A stretch of 64,000 nucleotides of DNA, taken from a bacterium (GTDB lineage Bacteria; Patescibacteriota; Minisyncoccia; Phycocordibacterales; DATDWN01). The position numbers and the translations under genes are program-made. Within the stretch, counting starts at the first letter, position 1; every line of letters starts with the position of its first letter. The stretch is from NCBI GenBank assembly GCA_037134875.1, contig JBAXLH010000004.1, positions 1,233 through 65,232 on the forward strand, written 5' to 3'. The notes beneath the pieces were generated by a model, which was given only the letters and a program-made list of their open reading frames with translations, was not told the DNA's origin and made no database searches. Shown piece by piece: positions 58,215-64,000 of this stretch.

Positions 58215-59085
58215 CAGACATTTGAAATGAAGTCTGTAGAGACAACACTTTTACTTCCACTTGGGGAGCCGGGATCGCACAAACTTAGTTGCGAGCGGCC
58301 CCGAAGCGGGGGTGGAAGGGTGTCACACAGATGCTCTCTCGGGTTATTACAGAATTCCCTTGCTCAGAATTCTGTAATGACTCTGGAGAGTCATAGTGAG
58401 GTTGCCCAAAGCACAGAGTATTTATGAAAATGAATACTGTGTGCTTTAGGCAACGGTCTGCGGGACTAATGCCGAGCGGTCAGTATCGCTACAATTGCCG
58501 GAATTTGGTGGTGGTTGTGGCAAGGACTGCGAAGAGTGTGCCGATCCTCCCTGTGGGGAGATGGGTTGATGCTACCAGTTCGGTGTGTGGCACGCCGGAC
58601 ATATGCTCCGGGAGCTCCCGTAACAGAGCAGAACGAGAAACCGAAAATGGTTACAAACCGTTTTCGATGGCCACATCGCAAACGTACCATTTTCCTCGTT
58701 CACCGAGGGGGCTAGTCCAAAAGGATGGCCATACACTCGGACCGCACATTTTTTATGCCGTGTATCTTGTGCAGAGATACATTACGGCATGTTAGGGGGC
58801 TCCTCCCACCAGTCTAGACTACCTGGACGCATAGGATCACAGGGGTGGTCAGGTGCGTTTCGTGTGACGACAGTGTCGCATGAAAAAAGCAGGAACACTG
58901 GTAAGGGGTAATGGGTTGACGCCCAGGGAATTCTGGTCGTCAAACCAGAATTCCTACTGCACACAAGTTCTTTTTTCGCCCGAGTACGTGACTCGGGCTT
59001 CCGTTTGAGAAATGAATATCCTACATTCATTTTCCAAACGGGAGAAATCCCAAGTTCTTTCAAATGCCGGCGGGCAAAAAACGCA
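58215..59085 (+). ncRNA. Putative ~880-nt structured RNA or 5' leader
   Basis: TTGACA(58181)-17-TAAGCT(58204) promoter; chain of long hairpins; no credible ORF before 59099. Confidence 0.6.
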
Positions 59086-59098
59086 GAAAGGAGAAAAG

Positions 59099-59470
59099 AT
59101 GAAAAATATGATCATCTTTCTGTTTGCGATGCTACCATTTGCGGTAGCGGAGAAGGTGCCGAAATCGGCCGTTGCGCCGGTGGTCAAGCAGGAGGTCGTG
59201 CAGACCTCCACAGCTTGCCCTTCGTCCGTTGTGGCGAAGAAGGCACTGGTGGCACCTGCCCGGGCAATCCGCGTGGTGACCCTTCCTCCGGTCGGCTGGC
59301 CCGACTGGCTGGTGTGGTCACTCTGCGGAGTGGTCGCTACTCTCGCTCTGGTGGTCGCGTTCCTTTTGGGGCGTGTCACGGGGCAGGTGCACCAGCCACA
59401 GGTAGTGGCGCCGGTGGTGTACGTTCAGCCACCTCCTCCACCAGATCCTCCACGCGTAGTGCGACCATAA
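59099..59470 (+). CDS. GC-rich exported/membrane protein with Pro-rich tail
   Basis: SD AAAGGAG; signal peptide MKNMIIFLFAMLPFAVA; TM helix; PPPPPDPP. Confidence 0.7.
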   Translation: MKNMIIFLFAMLPFAVAEKVPKSAVAPVVKQEVVQTSTACPSSVVAKKALVAPARAIRVVTLPPVGWPDWLVWSLCGVVATLALVVAFLLGRVTGQVHQPQVVAPVVYVQPPPPPDPPRVVRP

Positions 59471-59606
59471 AGGTTGCGCAGGGTTGAGACCCCAGAAAAG
59501 ATCTCGCTCCAGTAAACAAAATCCGACATCCCCTGTCGGTCGGGAACAAAAAAGTTCCCGCTTCTACCAAAGTTTGTTTAAAAAATAAATTTTGGTAGGA
59601 GCGAAT

Positions 59607-59882
59607 ATGGTTATCAGGGCAAAAGTGCAGTGGGGTTTCGCCGAGGAGGCGTCTGTCGAGAAGGGTCAGATCGAGAAAAGTTTCTCGATCCGGCAACTCG
59701 GCAAAGCGGGCGCCGTGAAGGCGGCAAACGACTGGCTCGGGGAGAAGTTTCCGGGTCGGGAGTTTCGGACGGTGCAGAGTGTTCCCGATGCGGTAAAGTT
59801 TGTCGCATCGTGGGGCGCTGGACCGTTCGGTGCCTGGGGTAACAACTGGATCACGGCTGACATCGAGGAAGCCGAGAACTAG
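59607..59882 (+). CDS. Small GC-rich protein with AP2-domain-like motif
   Basis: SD AGGAG; KSFSIRQLGKAGAVKAA resembles the AP2 K.FS...G...A...A pattern. Confidence 0.55.
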   Translation: MVIRAKVQWGFAEEASVEKGQIEKSFSIRQLGKAGAVKAANDWLGEKFPGREFRTVQSVPDAVKFVASWGAGPFGAWGNNWITADIEEAEN

Positions 59883-60012
59883 TCCAACCGTCCGGGAGAC
59901 ATAGGGACGTAAAATCTGTGTCGATACTGGGTGATGCTCACCAGTTGCTAAAAACGAGTCAACCACTGCGAGTTTCGGGTGGTCTTTTTTTTAAATTTGA
60001 TATACTGGGAAT

Positions 60013-60519
60013 ATGGAAATGAAAACTCAAACTATCACAAGGGAAGGCAAAAAACTTGATATTGTGTATAAAGAGGGAAACAGAGATGTTGAGCTGAATG
60101 GGGTTGTTTTGAATGGTGTCAGTGGACATTGTTTTTGTGGAGACAAGTTGGTGATTGTGCGTGACAAAAATAACACGTGGGGGTTTCCGGGTGGGGCCGT
60201 TGAAAAAGGTGAGACACTTGAAGAAGCCACAGCGCGGGAGGTAAAAGAAGAGTCAAATATGAAAGTGTTGCATCAGGAGTATATTGGCTACCAGATTTTA
60301 AAATTTGAAAGTGGCAAAACAATATTTCATGCAAGTTCGTTTTGTGTTGTGGAGCCATATGGAGATTTCGTTTCTGATCCGGATAGAGATGTGACAGAAA
60401 TTAAACTCATTGATCCAAAAGATTTCAAACAATACATTCACTGGAGTGATGCTGGTGACAGAATTATGGAGCGTGCGATGAAGATGAAAGAGAAAATTAC
60501 TCAACTTTCTTTTTCTTAA
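60013..60519 (+). CDS. NUDIX hydrolase
   Basis: PGGAVEKGETLEEATAREVKEES Nudix box. Confidence 0.92.
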   Translation: MEMKTQTITREGKKLDIVYKEGNRDVELNGVVLNGVSGHCFCGDKLVIVRDKNNTWGFPGGAVEKGETLEEATAREVKEESNMKVLHQEYIGYQILKFESGKTIFHASSFCVVEPYGDFVSDPDRDVTEIKLIDPKDFKQYIHWSDAGDRIMERAMKMKEKITQLSFS

Positions 60520-60540
60520 CAAACATTGTACTCTATGTTT

Positions 60541-60930
60541 ATGAATAAGGATTTTGATAAATGGAATAAGAAGAAAATTCTTGTGAATAATATTGAAAGT
60601 ATTCCATTTTTTCATGAAAGGGAAATATGGTTTTGTTTTCTCGGGGCTAATGTTGGTTTTGAACAGGATGGTCAAGGAGATGATTTTCAAAGACCGATAG
60701 TAATTATTAAAAAATTTAATAATGAAATATGTTGGGCTGTTCCACTTTCTAAAACTAAAAAACGTGGAAAATATTACTTTGCTTTTCCATTTGATAAAAA
60801 TGTTACGAGTGTAGCTATATTATCTCAGATTAAATTGGTTGATGTTCGTCGTTTAAGTAGAAAAATTGGAGATATGAATGAAACTGATTTTATTAACTTA
60901 ATAGAAAAACTCAAGACATTACTGCCTTGA
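60541..60930 (+). CDS. PemK/MazF-like endoribonuclease toxin
   Basis: EREIWFCFLGANVGFEQDG...RPIVII...AVPLS...LSQIKLVDVRRL..KIG. Confidence 0.85.
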   Translation: MNKDFDKWNKKKILVNNIESIPFFHEREIWFCFLGANVGFEQDGQGDDFQRPIVIIKKFNNEICWAVPLSKTKKRGKYYFAFPFDKNVTSVAILSQIKLVDVRRLSRKIGDMNETDFINLIEKLKTLLP

Positions 60931-60982
60931 GTTTTTCATTTTTTCCTCCGTCTTGCGACAGAGTCGGGCCGAAGCCATTTGT
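60903..60982 (-). ncRNA. Putative ~80-nt small RNA convergent with the PemK-like gene
   Basis: Minus-strand TTGACA(61016-61011)-16-TATACT(60994-60989) with extended TG; hairpins GGC-UUCG-GCC and CUCUGUC-GCAA-GACGGAG; shared terminator 60904-60937. Confidence 0.6.
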
Positions 60983-61037
60983 GATAGTAGTATAGCAGGT
61001 GGTAAATTATTGTCAAGTAAAATATAATACAAATATT

Positions 61038-61760
61038 ATGCGGTTACATCGATTTTTTGTACATACTCCTATTTCGAGCGAGACATTTGATATTGTAGAC
61101 AAAGATTTGGTGCATCAATGGAAGAATGTCTTTCGATACAATGTTGGCTCGCAAGTCATTCTTTTTGACGGCTCGGGGACAGATTATTTGTGCATGATTT
61201 CTTCGATTCGAAATCTCGGTGCCACGGTGCAGGTGGTCAGTAAAAAAAGTCAGCCTTCGCCAGAGGCTACGGCGCACCGCAGAAACATTTGGCTATGTGT
61301 TGCACTCATCAAAAAAGATAATTTTGAACTTGTGGTACAAAAGGCAACCGAGCTCGGCGTAACAAACATTGTGCCGATACTCTGCGAACACAGCGAAAAA
61401 AGAAAACTCAATATGGAGCGAATGCAAAAAATCGCAGTGGAAGCGAGCGAGCAGTCTGGCAGGGGAGATATTCCGGTGATTCACGAACCACAAACCATAT
61501 CAGAAATTTTCGAAAGTGGTGCGTTGCCACAAGAAAAAATAATTTTTCATACTGACAGCTCTGACACAATTCCTTTCAAACAATACATATCCAGTACAAA
61601 CGCAGTTTCATTTGCATCTTTCATCGGTCCCGAGGGAGGATTTTCCGACAAAGAAATTGCACTGTTTAAATCTTACAACATCCCCGCTGTTTCTCTCGGC
61701 ACCCAAATTCTCCGTGCCGAAACTGCGGCGATCGCTGTGTCGACTCTGTTTCTTTTATAA
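61038..61760 (+). CDS. rsmE: 16S rRNA m3U1498 methyltransferase
   Basis: QKATELGV, EASEQSGR, IGPEGGFS, LGTQILRAETA. Confidence 0.96.
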   Translation: MRLHRFFVHTPISSETFDIVDKDLVHQWKNVFRYNVGSQVILFDGSGTDYLCMISSIRNLGATVQVVSKKSQPSPEATAHRRNIWLCVALIKKDNFELVVQKATELGVTNIVPILCEHSEKRKLNMERMQKIAVEASEQSGRGDIPVIHEPQTISEIFESGALPQEKIIFHTDSSDTIPFKQYISSTNAVSFASFIGPEGGFSDKEIALFKSYNIPAVSLGTQILRAETAAIAVSTLFLL

Positions 61761-61807
61761 CATTTGACTATTTTGGGCAAAAAGGTAATGTAAACGACGG
61801 AAAAGAC

Positions 61808-62281
61808 ATGAACTCTATCAGTTCTTTTGTTGAGTGTCTCGGTCTTGGACACGAAAGATATATATTCAATCAGATTGAGGTTTATAAAATGGATGGTATC
61901 CTGCTCGAAAAGGGTATTATCCGATGCGAAGATTTTCCATATTTTCCTTACGGATATTACACAGAGCGTTCTCCGCGGGAAAGGAATATGTATCAGGAAT
62001 GGGTTGTTGTCCACAACGAGCAACCTTATGTGGTCAGTGCATTCTCATTGTATTCGGTCCCTGAAAGGTTGCCATCGGTTTTTGTTCATTTGCGACGGAT
62101 TGTAGAAGGGAAAGTATTGCCCTGGAGTGTTGATACTTCCCAAAATGAATTACTTGTTTTGTTGTCCAGTTCTGCTGCGCAAAAATTGAAACTGGCAAAT
62201 TGTTCAGTTGGAACATTTAAGTGGCTCAAATCACATCCGGCAACGGAACGTGTTATTGAGAAAATGATTAACGTGGCGTGA
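61808..62281 (+). CDS. Hypothetical protein
   Basis: 157-aa ORF filling the gap; no recognised motif. Confidence 0.5.
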   Translation: MNSISSFVECLGLGHERYIFNQIEVYKMDGILLEKGIIRCEDFPYFPYGYYTERSPRERNMYQEWVVVHNEQPYVVSAFSLYSVPERLPSVFVHLRRIVEGKVLPWSVDTSQNELLVLLSSSAAQKLKLANCSVGTFKWLKSHPATERVIEKMINVA

Positions 62282-62350
62282 AAACGCTGCTTTTTTTTGA
62301 AAAAATATCACAAGTAAAAACACCGAGATTTTTGTCTCGGTGTTTTTAAT

Positions 62351-64000
62351 TTATTTTTGTATTTTATCAAACCACTCTGGGTCAATATCTTTGATCGAGA
62401 GTTTGAGTCGTCCGCGTTCGTCGACTTCTTTGAGTACGACTGGCACAATATCGCCAACCTTGAGAACCTCGTCAACAGTTTTGAGTCTTCGTGGAGTAAT
62501 TTCTGAAATATGCACGAGGCCTTCGGTGTTGCCGTTGAATCTGACAAATACGCCGAACTCCATAATTTTGACAACCTCTGCTCGGAATCTGTCGCCTGGT
62601 TTGAATTCGTGTGTCATATCCTCGATAATTTTCTTTGCTCGCTCGGCGCCGTCGCCTTTGCCTGTGATGTAGACTGTGCCGTCATCCTCGATATCGATTT
62701 GTGCACCAGTGACATCTTTGATTTCTTTGATTGTTTTTCCACCGGTACCAATAACAAGTCCGATTTGGTCCTGTTTGATTTTGATTGAAATAATTTTTGG
62801 TGCAAACTCGGAAATGTCGGCTCTCGGCTGTGCAATTTCCGCCGTGATAACTTTCAAGATACTGAGTCTTGCTTGTTTTGCTTTTTCAAATGCCTCTTTC
62901 AAAATATGGAGTGGAATTCCATCAACTTTGACATCCATTTGTACAGCAGTTACACCGACTTCTGTACCTGCAACTTTGAAATCCATATCGCCGTGATGAT
63001 CCTCGGGACCCTGGATATCTGTGAGCACGACATAATTTTTCTCATCGTGCATCATAAGTCCGGATGCGATACCGGCAACTGGGCGAGTGATAGGAACACC
63101 TCCGTCCATAAGGGCGATTGTGCCGGCACAGACAGATGCCATTGATGTGGAGCCGTTACTTGCCATTGATTCTGCAACGAGACGTATTGTGTATGGGAAC
63201 AAATCTTTGTTTGGAAGGACTGGTACGAGGGCTTTTTCCGCCAGCGCGCCGTGGCCGATCATTCGGCGATTTGTGCCACCCATTCTGCCTATTTCACCTG
63301 TTGAATATGGAGGAAAGTTGTAGTGGAGCATAAACTTTTTCTCCATCTGGCTTTCCATACCGTCGATTATTTGTGCGTCGCTTGGTCCGCCGAGTGTGAG
63401 TACCGAGAGCACGTGTGTACCACCTCGATAAAAGAGTCCGGCACCGTGCAAAATTTTTGAAACACCTCCGGCACGGGCAAAGAGGGGACGAATCTCATCC
63501 ATTCCTCGACCATCGGGTCGTCGTTTTTTGTTGATTGTTTCGCTGTGAATGATTTGGTCAATTCTCTCCTGCAAATAGTCATTGGCGAGAAGCTGTTCTG
63601 ACTCCTCAACTTTTTCTTTTATGAGAGTATCCCATTTTTCGAGTACCTCTACCAGACTTTCTTTGCCAGGCTTTCCGCAGAAAACTTTTTCCAAAAGAAT
63701 TGGTTCAATATTTTCTTTGAAGAGTGCGAGGATGCTTGCTGACAGCTGCGGTTTTGCAATTTTCTTTTTTTCTTTGCCAATTTCGGAAATAATTTTTTCT
63801 TGGAATGTCTGAATTTTTGCAAGTTCCATTTTTGCCAGCTCCATTGCTGTCATTATTTGTTCCTCGGTAACTTCACTACTGCCTATTTCAATCATATTTA
63901 TCTTGCCATCTTTTCCGCAGGCCAAGAGGTCGAGCTGGTAGGTTTCGTTGTTGCGCTGTGTGTATGAAGGGTTCACAAACATATCGCCGTTTATTTTGCC
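62351..64000 (-). CDS. pnp: Polyribonucleotide nucleotidyltransferase (5' end outside the window)
   Basis: RRPDGR, HYNFPPYSTGE, SNGSTSMASVC, GDMDFKVAGT, KH and S1 domains; frame open to 64000. Confidence 0.97.
   Translation of the reverse strand, partial: GKINGDMFVNPSYTQRNNETYQLDLLACGKDGKINMIEIGSSEVTEEQIMTAMELAKMELAKIQTFQEKIISEIGKEKKKIAKPQLSASILALFKENIEPILLEKVFCGKPGKESLVEVLEKWDTLIKEKVEESEQLLANDYLQERIDQIIHSETINKKRRPDGRGMDEIRPLFARAGGVSKILHGAGLFYRGGTHVLSVLTLGGPSDAQIIDGMESQMEKKFMLHYNFPPYSTGEIGRMGGTNRRMIGHGALAEKALVPVLPNKDLFPYTIRLVAESMASNGSTSMASVCAGTIALMDGGVPITRPVAGIASGLMMHDEKNYVVLTDIQGPEDHHGDMDFKVAGTEVGVTAVQMDVKVDGIPLHILKEAFEKAKQARLSILKVITAEIAQPRADISEFAPKIISIKIKQDQIGLVIGTGGKTIKEIKDVTGAQIDIEDDGTVYITGKGDGAERAKKIIEDMTHEFKPGDRFRAEVVKIMEFGVFVRFNGNTEGLVHISEITPRRLKTVDEVLKVGDIVPVVLKEVDERGRLKLSIKDIDPEWFDKIQK

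Noticed and set aside
58424-58795. 123-aa ORF inside the long leader
   Set aside because: No SD, atypical composition, start buried in a hairpin; expected by chance in GC-richer sequence
58215-59085. Retron or DGR template RNA
   Set aside because: No reverse transcriptase in the window and no TR/VR adenine-mismatch repeat pair seen
59376-59966. 196-aa minus-strand ORF and other overlapping ORFs at 59.0-59.9 kb
   Set aside because: Antisense shadows of the two SD-led + strand genes
1-64000. Alternative genetic code 25 (TGA = Gly)
   Set aside because: Conserved genes are intact under code 11 and several genes end in TGA

Overview
Origin-proximal 64 kb of an AT-rich bacterial chromosome read in genetic code 11 (TGA is used as stop). 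Gene content points to a Patescibacteria/CPR (Parcubacteria-like) genome, which is an inference, not a database result. The window holds the 5' end of dnaA, an oriC-like DnaA-box array, rpmH-rnpA-yidC, a relaxase-free VirB4/PrgI/VirB6/pilin T4SS-like cluster, a type IV pilus operon, housekeeping genes (rsmA, pcrA, comM, pgk, tpiA, nusA, tig, rpsO, xer, xth, cca, HU, rny, clpP, rsmE, pnp), five tRNAs without encoded CCA and a parS cluster. The unusual signal is non-coding. (1) A dispersed family of structured palindromic elements, all in one orientation, with one copy inserted in-frame in pcrA and related copies behind tRNAs. (2) An orphan PemK/MazF-like gene faced by a convergent ~80-nt tetraloop-capped small RNA with its own promoter, a candidate RNA antitoxin. 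(3) Three GC-rich, hairpin-dense transcription units whose promoters share TGTCAA-N6-TTGACA: a ~490-nt standalone RNA, a ~280-nt RNA carrying strong Shine-Dalgarno sites that open M-x-D-stop minigenes, and a ~880-nt leader. These sit in a genome whose core genes look mostly leaderless. (4) An HTH/LAGLIDADG-like gene whose stop codon lies inside tRNA-Gly. All structure and family calls were made by eye and none was computed.
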